A DNA stretch of 64,000 nt, taken from positions 9,029 to 73,028 of the IMG/VR virus record IMGVR_UViG_3300044733_000695; one strand, given 5' to 3'. Each line of letters begins with the position of its first letter. Within the stretch, counting starts at the first letter, position 1. The notes under the pieces are model-generated. The model was not told where the DNA came from. It ran no database searches and saw only the letters and a list, made by a program, of their open reading frames with translations. Below, piece by piece: positions 40,155 through 48,468 of this stretch. The translations under genes were made by a program, and so were the position numbers. The DNA is from a virus.

Positions 40155-40458
40155 CCTGCGCCTGTTCCGCAATCAGGTGGGCAGCCTGCCTGACCCGCGC
40201 ACCGGCAGGCTGGTGACGTTCGGCCTTGCCCGTGGTTCTGCTGATCTGATCGGCTGGCGCACGGTGGTGGTGACCCCTGAGATGGTCGGCCAGCGCATCG
40301 CCGTGTTCACCAGCATCGAGGTCAAGACTCCCACCGGCCGGCTCAGACCAGAGCAGCAGGCCTGGCTGGGCGTGGTGCGCGGTGCTGGCGGAATCGCCGG
40401 GGTGGCCCGCTCTGTTTCAGATGTTGAAGATCTACTCTCCAACCTGCCAACCTGCTAG
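40093..40458 (+). CDS. VRR-NUC domain nuclease
   Basis: GSADLIG...IEVKTPTGRLRPEQQAW. Confidence 0.85.
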   Translation: MANAETTLQQQIRLAVGSRSDLRLFRNQVGSLPDPRTGRLVTFGLARGSADLIGWRTVVVTPEMVGQRIAVFTSIEVKTPTGRLRPEQQAWLGVVRGAGGIAGVARSVSDVEDLLSNLPTC

Positions 40459-40485
40459 CTAAACTTCGGGACCCCACAGGTCAGC

Positions 40486-42576
40486 ATGGACCCGATCACT
40501 CTCGCCGCTCAGCTCGAGCGGCTCCCATCCGCCTGGGCGCTTGTAGCCGTCGGCAACGACAAGCGTCCCTATCAGCCTGAATGGCAGAAGAATCCCATCT
40601 CGCGCGATCAACTCGCCGCTGAGATCACAGCCGGCCGTGCCGTTGCGATCGGTGTCCTTGCAGGTCCCCAATCTGGTGGTCTGCTGTTCGTCGATCACGA
40701 CGGCCTCGGCGCGTCCGAAGTCCTCGAGCAGATCGGCGCACCCCTTCGTGATCTCCCCAAATCCTGGGCGGTAACCTCTGGCCGCGATGGCCGGTTGCAG
40801 ATCATCTACCAGGTCCCCGAACCGTTCTGGGCGACTATCAAGACAACTAAGCTCCGCAGCTCCATCAAAGGCGAGCAGCTCGAACTTCGCTGGTCCGGCT
40901 GTCAGTCCGTCGTGGCCGGCACCCATCCCATGACCGGCGCCTACCGCTGGCTCAAGGATCGATCACCTGATGATCTGCCCATCGCAGAAGCGCCATCGGT
41001 CCTGCTGCAGCAGATGCAGCGCAAGCAGCCAGACCCAGCGCCCTTGCTGCAGCTTCCACAGCTACAGACACAAGCCGATCGGACCGATGAAGAGTGGGCG
41101 CGCATCTGGCTCGATGCGCTCAACTCATCACGCGCTGATGATTACGACTATTGGATCGAGGTCGGTCAATGCCTCCATTCAGTCGGTGATCACATGCTCG
41201 CGGACTGGGATGCCTGGTCCCGGCAATCCCCAAAGTGGGAAGCCAATGCCTGCGCCTATCACTGGGGCACTTTTAAGGCCGGCGGCAATCGCGACATTCG
41301 GCACCTCTGCAACCTCGCTAAGGAAGACGGCTGGCAGCCAAAATCACGCCATGAAAAAAGCCGCCCAGTCGCACCGACCAAGCGGCTAAAGGCTGCATCC
41401 CACCCACAGGAGCATGACGCCAACAAGCCTACAGCGGCAGATGGCAAGCTCCTGAAGCTCGAATCGAACGAGCTGCTTGAACTGCTGCGTCAGCAACTCG
41501 GCGCTGCACTCCGCTGGAACCTGTTCACTTCAGCCATCGAACTCGATCAGAAGCCGGTCGAGCACATCGATCACTTCTACCTGCAGCTTGCACAGCAGGG
41601 CGTCAAGGTATCCAAAGAACTCGCAGCAGACGCGATCCATGTCGTCGCGCTTGAGAACCCCTACGACCCCGTTCGCGAATATCTCGAGCACGTTGCCGAT
41701 CACGTTCCCGCCACGTCGATCGAAAACCTCGCAACCGCTTACCTACGCCCCAAAGACGAACCAGGCAGTCTTTATGACGCCATGATCAAGGCGACCCTGA
41801 TAGCCGCGGTCCGACGCATCTTTGAGCCCGGCTGCAAGCATGACTCGGCCTGCGTGCTCATGGGTCCGCAAGGCTGCGGCAAATCAACCTTCTGGCGCAA
41901 CCTCGGCGGCCTCTGGTTCAGCGATGCTCTCCGCGACATCGGATCTAAGGATGACCTGATGGTCCTGCACCGCTCCTGGATCATGGAGTGGGCCGAGCTG
42001 GATCACATCACTGGCCGCAAGCACGCCGGGCAGATCAAGGCGTTCCTCACCCAGCAGACCGACATGTTCCGCGCGCCATACCAACGCGCAACTGAGTCGT
42101 TCCCACGCCGATCCATCATCGTCGGCTCCACCAACCGGGACACCGGCTTTTTGGTCGATGACACCGGCAACCGCCGCTTCTGGGTGATCCCTGTCACGGC
42201 CGCGCCGCACATTCCCGTCGATGGCCTGCTGCTCGAGCGCGATGCCATCTGGTCCGCAGCCGTCGCCGCCTATCGCAACGGCGACCCCAACCACCTCAGC
42301 CGCGAGCACGCCCAGCAGGTGGACACCGAAAACGAAACCTATCTCGTTGACAGCCCATGGAAGGCGGCCATCCAGGAGTGGCTGACCAACCGCAGAAGCG
42401 TTGAACCAATCACCAGCGAGGCCATCCTGACCCAGGCGATCAACAAGCCGGTCGAGCGCCAAGGGCGCGCCGACCAGATGCAGGTGGCCGGGATCCTGCG
42501 TGAACTTGGTTACGAAAAGAAGCGCGCATGGTTGGGAGGTAGGAACAAATGGGTGTTTGTCCAACCTCCAGGATGA
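40486..42576 (+). CDS. Primase-polymerase + PriCT-2 + VirE/VapE helicase
   Basis: DHD prim-pol; YDYWIEVGQCLH PriCT-2; GPQGCGKST and DDTGNRRF VapE. Confidence 0.9.
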   Translation: MDPITLAAQLERLPSAWALVAVGNDKRPYQPEWQKNPISRDQLAAEITAGRAVAIGVLAGPQSGGLLFVDHDGLGASEVLEQIGAPLRDLPKSWAVTSGRDGRLQIIYQVPEPFWATIKTTKLRSSIKGEQLELRWSGCQSVVAGTHPMTGAYRWLKDRSPDDLPIAEAPSVLLQQMQRKQPDPAPLLQLPQLQTQADRTDEEWARIWLDALNSSRADDYDYWIEVGQCLHSVGDHMLADWDAWSRQSPKWEANACAYHWGTFKAGGNRDIRHLCNLAKEDGWQPKSRHEKSRPVAPTKRLKAASHPQEHDANKPTAADGKLLKLESNELLELLRQQLGAALRWNLFTSAIELDQKPVEHIDHFYLQLAQQGVKVSKELAADAIHVVALENPYDPVREYLEHVADHVPATSIENLATAYLRPKDEPGSLYDAMIKATLIAAVRRIFEPGCKHDSACVLMGPQGCGKSTFWRNLGGLWFSDALRDIGSKDDLMVLHRSWIMEWAELDHITGRKHAGQIKAFLTQQTDMFRAPYQRATESFPRRSIIVGSTNRDTGFLVDDTGNRRFWVIPVTAAPHIPVDGLLLERDAIWSAAVAAYRNGDPNHLSREHAQQVDTENETYLVDSPWKAAIQEWLTNRRSVEPITSEAILTQAINKPVERQGRADQMQVAGILRELGYEKKRAWLGGRNKWVFVQPPG

Positions 42577-42725
42577 GGTTGGAGAGTCCAGATCCATTCC
42601 CCTGCAGTCCTTTTACTAACCTTACTAACCTACTAACCTAGGTAATAAACCCAGGAGAGGGAGGGAGGGTAGGGGCGTTTTCCGTCTAAGTGCACCTAGG
42701 GGGGAGGTTGGATAGGTTGGCAGGT
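42531..42725. repeat. Iteron-like (C/T)AACCT repeats, candidate replication origin
   Basis: TACTAACC x3 at about 42615-42640, inverted AGGTTGG copies; CCAACCTG x2 also at 40439-40454. Confidence 0.55.
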
Positions 42726-42736
42726 GTATTACTCTG

Positions 42737-43042
42737 TTGCTGTATTGCATTGGTACTTCAATGGGCACCTTCCGAGAGGTTGACGGGCGGACTGTCTGGA
42801 TTGGTCGCAACACCTACGAGAAGCCCACATGGCCGCTCGGCTCGTTGGCTCCTGGTGATTCGTTCTTGATCCCCATGGATGACGGCGTTGATGCCACTGG
42901 TAGGACTGAGCCCGTAATCCGCGCATACATCACCCGCTACAGCCGGATGAACTGGATCAAGCACCACGTCCACCGCGTCGATGGGGGGCTGCTCGTAATC
43001 CGCAGCACCAAGCCACACATCCGCTTGAGCGCCCTACGTTGA
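42737..43042 (+). CDS. Hypothetical protein
   Basis: WPLGSLAPGDSFLIP...GLLVIR. Confidence 0.6.
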   Translation: MLYCIGTSMGTFREVDGRTVWIGRNTYEKPTWPLGSLAPGDSFLIPMDDGVDATGRTEPVIRAYITRYSRMNWIKHHVHRVDGGLLVIRSTKPHIRLSALR

Positions 43043-43046
43043 ACCC

Positions 43047-43715
43047 ATGGCATCCATCACCCTCGACGCTGATCTCTCAGGTGCTGCCAACTGGTCGGCG
43101 ACCATGGCGCGGCAAATGCCATTTGCCACATCGGTTGCGCTCAACCGCACAGCGTTCGACATCCGCCAGGTCTTCAACTACGAAACCCTGCGCTTCTTTG
43201 ATCGCCCTGTTCCGTTCACACAGCGAGCTTTCCTTGTCGACAGGAGCACCAAGCAGAACCTGGAGGCTGTGGTCTACGCCGAGGCTCGCCGGGCTCGATA
43301 CCTGCGGTTTGGCATTGATGGCGGCCTGCGTCCCCAGAAGGGCCTGGAACGCAAGTTTCTGGGCCAGCAGGTGGGGAATGTCCCACCAGGGGCTCAGCTG
43401 CGCCCTACAGGGGCTCTGAGGCGTGACTCAGGGGGCAACGTGGGTCTGGCCACCATCCGATCGATCAGCGCCAAGGTGGGGACCAGTGGGCCTAACAGCG
43501 TGATGGTGGGCAAGCCACGCGGTGGGGCGCGTCCTGCTGGCATCTATCAGCGCACCCCAGCCGGCAAGCTCCGGCCTTTGTTCATTGCCGACCCTGGCCG
43601 AGCCGCCTACCGCGCCCGCTTCCCGATCGGTCAGATCGGCACCCAGGTGGCTGAGCAGCGCTTCATGGGCTACCTGGTCAGCAGCCTGGAGCAGGCTCTG
43701 GCCACAGCCCGCTGA
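43047..43715 (+). CDS. Basic protein resembling gpZ-like tail completion proteins
   Basis: QMPFATSVALNRTA...FDRPVPFT; ALATAR end. Confidence 0.55.
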   Translation: MASITLDADLSGAANWSATMARQMPFATSVALNRTAFDIRQVFNYETLRFFDRPVPFTQRAFLVDRSTKQNLEAVVYAEARRARYLRFGIDGGLRPQKGLERKFLGQQVGNVPPGAQLRPTGALRRDSGGNVGLATIRSISAKVGTSGPNSVMVGKPRGGARPAGIYQRTPAGKLRPLFIADPGRAAYRARFPIGQIGTQVAEQRFMGYLVSSLEQALATAR

Positions 43716-43718
43716 GAT

Positions 43719-43868
43719 CCCTTGCGCCGCAAGGGGTTTGGGGCATGACCCCATCGGCTATGCCTTTGAGCGCATTGGGTCCTTTCCGGGCAAACCTCCG
43801 CGGGTCGTTCGCGCGCGCACGCTTTCTCTAGCGTCAGCGTTAACAACCCCTAAACCCTTGCGCCGCAA
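43719..43868 (+). other. Predicted cos packaging region
   Basis: GGGTCCTTTCCGG at 43777-43789 (lambda cosQ context) flanked by CCCTTGCGCCGCAA repeats at 43719 and 43855, upstream of terS. Confidence 0.7.
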
Positions 43869-43956
43869 TGAGTCTCAGTGAGTCTTACTTTGAGACACCC
43901 CGAGAGCGTTAAGCGCGGTTTAGCATCAGTTAACTAAGCCTAGCCGTCATTTAACT

Positions 43957-44496
43957 TTGCTGGTCACGTTCTCCGAGTTCGCGGCAATCAAGGGCTGCAC
44001 CAAGGCTGCGGTGACTCATGCAACAAAGAGTCGGATCGCTGCGGCGGTGGTTGAGCAAGACGGCAAGCGCTGGCTGGATCGTGACCTGGCGTTGGAGCTG
44101 TGGCGCAAGAACACGCTGAAGAACAACGCGGCGAAGGTGGACGAACCGGACCCGATCGAACCGCCACCACCACCACGGGATGCGCAAGAGCTGCGGCGCC
44201 GGGTGGAGGGGTTGCCTGATGATGAGATCCCGGAGCTGAACGAGAGCCGTGCGCGGCGCGAGCATTACCAGGCGGAGCTGGCCAAGCTGGAAGTGGACTT
44301 GAAGCGCCGGGAGCTGGTGCCAGCGGTGGAAGTGCAGAAGGAAGCGTTCGCGTTGGGGCGCAGCGTGCGCGAGGCACTGGCTAACTTGGCTGACCGGTTG
44401 AGCCACCAGCTGGCGGGTGAGACGGACCCGGCACGGATCCATGCGGTGCTGACGGATGAGCACCGGGCGGCGTTGGTGGAGCTGAGCAATGGCTAA
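43957..44496 (+). CDS. terS: Terminase small subunit (Nu1-like)
   Basis: N-terminal wHTH, ESRARREHYQAELAKLE...ELVP; precedes GpA. Confidence 0.8.
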   Translation: MLVTFSEFAAIKGCTKAAVTHATKSRIAAAVVEQDGKRWLDRDLALELWRKNTLKNNAAKVDEPDPIEPPPPPRDAQELRRRVEGLPDDEIPELNESRARREHYQAELAKLEVDLKRRELVPAVEVQKEAFALGRSVREALANLADRLSHQLAGETDPARIHAVLTDEHRAALVELSNG

Positions 44497-46351
44497 TCCA
44501 TGGCGCGATGGGTTCTTGGATGGGCTGCGGCCTGAAGATCCGCTGACGGTGAGCGAGTGGTCTGATCGTTATCGGAAACTGAGCAGCAAGGCGAGTGCTG
44601 AACCTGGGCCATGGCGCACCAGCCGGACGCCTTACCTGCGCGAGCCGATGGATTGCCTGAGCAGCAACAACCCGATCCAGAGGGTGGTGATGATGTTTGC
44701 TGCGCAGACGGGCAAGACGGAGGCTGGCAGCAACTGGCTGGGTTATGTGATCGACCACGCACCGGGACCGATGCTTTGCGTGCAGCCGACGGTGGAGATG
44801 GCGAAGCGGCTTAGCAAGCAGCGGCTCGAGAGCATGATCACCGACACGCCATGTTTGGCCGCGAAGATCGCGCCCAGCCGCAGCCGCGACAGCGGGAACA
44901 CGATGTTCAGCAAAGAGTATGCAGGCGGGATCATGTTGCTGACCGGGGCCAACAGCGCCACTGGTCTGCGATCGGCGCCGTGCCGCTACCTGTTCGCTGA
45001 CGAGGTGGACGCCTTTCCTAGCGATGTGGACGGCGAGGGCGACCCGGTGGCACTGGCCGAGCGGCGGACGACGACGTTCGCGCGTCGGAAGATCCTGCTG
45101 ACCAGCACGCCAACGGTGAAGGACTTCAGCCGGATTGAGGCGGAGTACCTGCGCAGCGATCAGCGGCGGTTTTATGTGCCGTGTCCGAGCTGCGGCGGAA
45201 TGCAGTGGTTGCAATGGCCGCGGCTGAAGTGGGATGCGAAGCGGCCGGGTGATGTGAGGTATCAGTGCGAGCACTGCGGCGAGCGGTTTGAGGAGAACCA
45301 CAAACCGGCGATGCTCGCGGCGGGCGAGTGGCGCGCGACCGCACCAAGCGATGGCAGGACGGCTGGGTTCCAGCTCAGTGGGCTTTACAGCCCGCTCGGG
45401 TGGTGCAGCTGGGAGCAACTGGTCGATGACTTCCTGCGGGCCAAGTCAGACGCGCCAGCGCTGAAGGCGTTTGTCAACACCCGGCTGGCTGAGACCTGGG
45501 AAGAGGACTATGCCGCGGCCGTGAGTGCTGATGGCTTGATGACCAAGCGGCTGGCGTATGAGTCGGGCACCTGCCCCGATGGCGTGGTGCTGCTGACGTG
45601 TGGCGTGGACGTGCAGGACAACCGGCTGGCGGTGAGCGTGTGGGGCTGGGGCGAGGGCGAGACGGGCTGGTTGATCTGGCACCAGGAGCTGATGGGCGAC
45701 CCGACGCAGGTGGAGGTGTGGGGCCAACTGGATCAGGTGCTGGTAACTGAGTGGGCCACGGCTGCGGGCAATGCGCTGAAGGTGTCGCAGGTGGCGGTGG
45801 ACAGTGGCGGCCACTGCACCCATGAGGTGTATCGGTATGTACGCGATCGCGTACGGCAAAACGTGGTGGCGATCAAGGGCAGCAGCAGACGCAACAGCCC
45901 AGCGGTGGGCAAGGGCAGCAAAGTGGATGTGAGCTGGCAGGGCCGGGTGCTGAAGCGTGGCGTGACGCTGTATCAGCTGGGCACTGACACGATCAAGACA
46001 ACCCTGTTCGGCCGGTTGCGGCATAACGAAGTGGGCGGCGTCGGGACGCTGCACTTCGGCATGGCTGCTGATGAGGAGTACTTCAGGCAGTTGACCAGCG
46101 AGCGGCAGGCATTGCGTTATCACCGCGGGTTTCCGATCCGTGAGTGGGTGAAGAAAGCTGGTGATCGAAACGAGGCGCTGGATTGCGTGGTCTATGCCTA
46201 CGCGGCGATGCTGCTGTTCTCGCGGCGGATGAACAAGGCGACGATGTGGCAGCAGCTGGCGGATCAGTTGGAGAACGGGAAGAAGGCGCCGCTAAGATCG
46301 AAACGGCAGCCGGCCTCTGCGGCTGCCAGTGGCTTTGTTACCAACTGGTAG
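44489..46351 (+). CDS. terL: Terminase large subunit, lambda GpA family
   Basis: AAQTGKT, LFADEVD, STPT, CPSC/CEHC, GVDVQ, RNEALDC. Confidence 0.95.
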   Translation: MANPWRDGFLDGLRPEDPLTVSEWSDRYRKLSSKASAEPGPWRTSRTPYLREPMDCLSSNNPIQRVVMMFAAQTGKTEAGSNWLGYVIDHAPGPMLCVQPTVEMAKRLSKQRLESMITDTPCLAAKIAPSRSRDSGNTMFSKEYAGGIMLLTGANSATGLRSAPCRYLFADEVDAFPSDVDGEGDPVALAERRTTTFARRKILLTSTPTVKDFSRIEAEYLRSDQRRFYVPCPSCGGMQWLQWPRLKWDAKRPGDVRYQCEHCGERFEENHKPAMLAAGEWRATAPSDGRTAGFQLSGLYSPLGWCSWEQLVDDFLRAKSDAPALKAFVNTRLAETWEEDYAAAVSADGLMTKRLAYESGTCPDGVVLLTCGVDVQDNRLAVSVWGWGEGETGWLIWHQELMGDPTQVEVWGQLDQVLVTEWATAAGNALKVSQVAVDSGGHCTHEVYRYVRDRVRQNVVAIKGSSRRNSPAVGKGSKVDVSWQGRVLKRGVTLYQLGTDTIKTTLFGRLRHNEVGGVGTLHFGMAADEEYFRQLTSERQALRYHRGFPIREWVKKAGDRNEALDCVVYAYAAMLLFSRRMNKATMWQQLADQLENGKKAPLRSKRQPASAAASGFVTNW

Positions 46352-46354
46352 GTC

Positions 46355-46924
46355 GTGAACATCCCCAGCGAAATCAGGGCCGGCGACACCATCCAGTGGA
46401 GGGATGTTCCTGGCGCTGACAATTTGGGGAATGCAATTGACAGCGGAAGTTGGACGCTGACCTACTACCTGCGGACGAACACGGCCAGCGAAGGCGCGAC
46501 GGTAGTGGGCACGGCCTACGGCACTGGATGGGAGTTCACGATCGCCGCGGCTACCAGCACAGGCTTCGACGCTGGGCAATGGTTTTGGCAGGCGGTCGCG
46601 ACCAAGACCGGCAGCACGGTCACGATAGGCTCGGGCCAGCTGATGGTTCTGCGAAGCCTTAGCTATAGCGGCACGCCTGGCGCGGTTGATGGCCGATCGC
46701 AAGCGCAGAAGGATCTGGACGCGGTGCAGGCGGCGATCCGCGCGATCGTGGCTGGCGGTGTTGCCAAGGAGTACACGATCGGCAACCGCAATCTGAAGAA
46801 GTACGACATGGCGGACTTGCTTCAGCTCGAGGCTAAGCTCAAAGCCGAGGTCAAGCGTGAGCAGATGGCGGACCTGATCGCCAACGGGCTCGGCAACCCG
46901 CACAACCTATTCGTGAGGTTCTGA
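46355..46924 (+). CDS. Head-tail joining protein (gpW-like C-terminus)
   Basis: EYTIGNRNL...L motif between terL and portal. Confidence 0.7.
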   Translation: MNIPSEIRAGDTIQWRDVPGADNLGNAIDSGSWTLTYYLRTNTASEGATVVGTAYGTGWEFTIAAATSTGFDAGQWFWQAVATKTGSTVTIGSGQLMVLRSLSYSGTPGAVDGRSQAQKDLDAVQAAIRAIVAGGVAKEYTIGNRNLKKYDMADLLQLEAKLKAEVKREQMADLIANGLGNPHNLFVRF

Positions 46925-48468
46925 TGGGTCTGCGCACGCGGCTATTCCGGGCGATGGGTTTTGAACCAGTGCGGCCGCAGCGGCGGGCGTATCAGGGCGC
47001 GCGCGTTAGCCGGCTGACCGCTGACTGGGTGACGAGCGGCACCAGCGCTGACAGCGAGATCAAGTCCAGCTTCAAGTCACTGCGCAATCGTGCGCGGCAG
47101 CTGGTGCGTGATAACGACTACGCCCGGCAGGCGGTGCGCGCGATCCAGAACAATGTGATCGGCCACGGCATCAAGCATCAGTCGCAGGTGCGGATGCTGC
47201 GCGGCGGGCAACTGGATGAGGCGATCAACGGCCAGATCCATGAGCAGTGGGAACGGTGGATGCATAAGAGCCGCTGTGATGTGAGCGGGCTGCTGGGCTT
47301 CCATGACATCGAGCGGTTGCTGGCGCGGAGCATGGCCGAGTCGGGCGAGGTGTTCGTGCGGATGATCCGCCGACCGTTTGGTGATTCGCGGGTGCCGTTT
47401 GCGCTGCAGATCCTCGAGGCGGATTACCTGATCGATGACGACGTGCCGCAGGCAGCGGACGGCAACACGGTTCGGATGGGCATCGAGGTGGACGGCTACC
47501 TGCGGCCCCAGGCTTATCACTTCTACGCGAACCATCCTGGCGACACCTATGCGGGCAACCCGCGGACCAATGGCCGGCGGATCCGAGTTCCTGCTGATGA
47601 GGTGATTCATCTGTTCCTGCCGGAGCGGCCGGGCCAGACCAGGGGCGTGACGTGGTTCGCGTCGGCGTTGATGCGGCTTCACATGCTGCAAGGCTATGAG
47701 GAGGCCGAGGTGGTGCGGGCGCGAGCCAGCAGCGCGCTGATGGGCTTCATCCAATCGCCTGAGGGCGAGCTGGTTGGGGATGAGATCTACGAAGGCGAGC
47801 GAGTTAGCGAGTTCAGTCCGGGCGTGTTCAAGTACCTGGCACCGGGCGAAAGCGTGACGGTTCCGGATCTGAATGCACCTGATGGCCAGCTTGAGCCGTT
47901 CACGCGGTCGATGCTGCGGGCCGTGGCGGCTGGTGTTGGCGTCAGCTTTGAGAGCATCAGCAAGAACTTCAGCGAGAGCAATTACAGCAGCAGCCGGCTA
48001 AGCCTGCTCGAGGAGCGCGACACGTATCGGGTGCTGCAGCGGTACATGATCGAGAACTTCCACCAACCGGTCTTTGAGGCATGGCTCGAGATGGCGGTGC
48101 TTAGCGGTGCGCTGAACCTGCCGGGCTATGAGACCAATCCTGATCGTTACCGGGCCAGCCGTTGGATCCCGAGGAGCTGGGAATGGGTGGACCCACAGCG
48201 CGAAGTGGAGGCGTACAAGACAGCCGTGCGGTGTGGCTTCAAGACACTGGGCCAGGTGATCAGCGAGCAAGGCGGCGATCTGGATGATGTGCTGATCGCA
48301 CGTCAGGCCGAGCTGGCGATGTTGGATGAGATGGGTATCGTGACAGACAGCGATCCGAGCGAGGTGACCGAGAGCGGCGTGGTGCATCCGATGCCAGTGC
48401 CTGAAACTGAGCCGCCGATGGATGATGAGGAAGAAGAGGACGACGAACCCCTCGAGCTGGACGACTGA
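46924..48468 (+). CDS. Portal protein, lambda family
   Basis: LRNRARQLVRDN, RPGQTRG, NYSSSR, WVDPQRE. Confidence 0.93.
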   Translation: MGLRTRLFRAMGFEPVRPQRRAYQGARVSRLTADWVTSGTSADSEIKSSFKSLRNRARQLVRDNDYARQAVRAIQNNVIGHGIKHQSQVRMLRGGQLDEAINGQIHEQWERWMHKSRCDVSGLLGFHDIERLLARSMAESGEVFVRMIRRPFGDSRVPFALQILEADYLIDDDVPQAADGNTVRMGIEVDGYLRPQAYHFYANHPGDTYAGNPRTNGRRIRVPADEVIHLFLPERPGQTRGVTWFASALMRLHMLQGYEEAEVVRARASSALMGFIQSPEGELVGDEIYEGERVSEFSPGVFKYLAPGESVTVPDLNAPDGQLEPFTRSMLRAVAAGVGVSFESISKNFSESNYSSSRLSLLEERDTYRVLQRYMIENFHQPVFEAWLEMAVLSGALNLPGYETNPDRYRASRWIPRSWEWVDPQREVEAYKTAVRCGFKTLGQVISEQGGDLDDVLIARQAELAMLDEMGIVTDSDPSEVTESGVVHPMPVPETEPPMDDEEEEDDEPLELDD

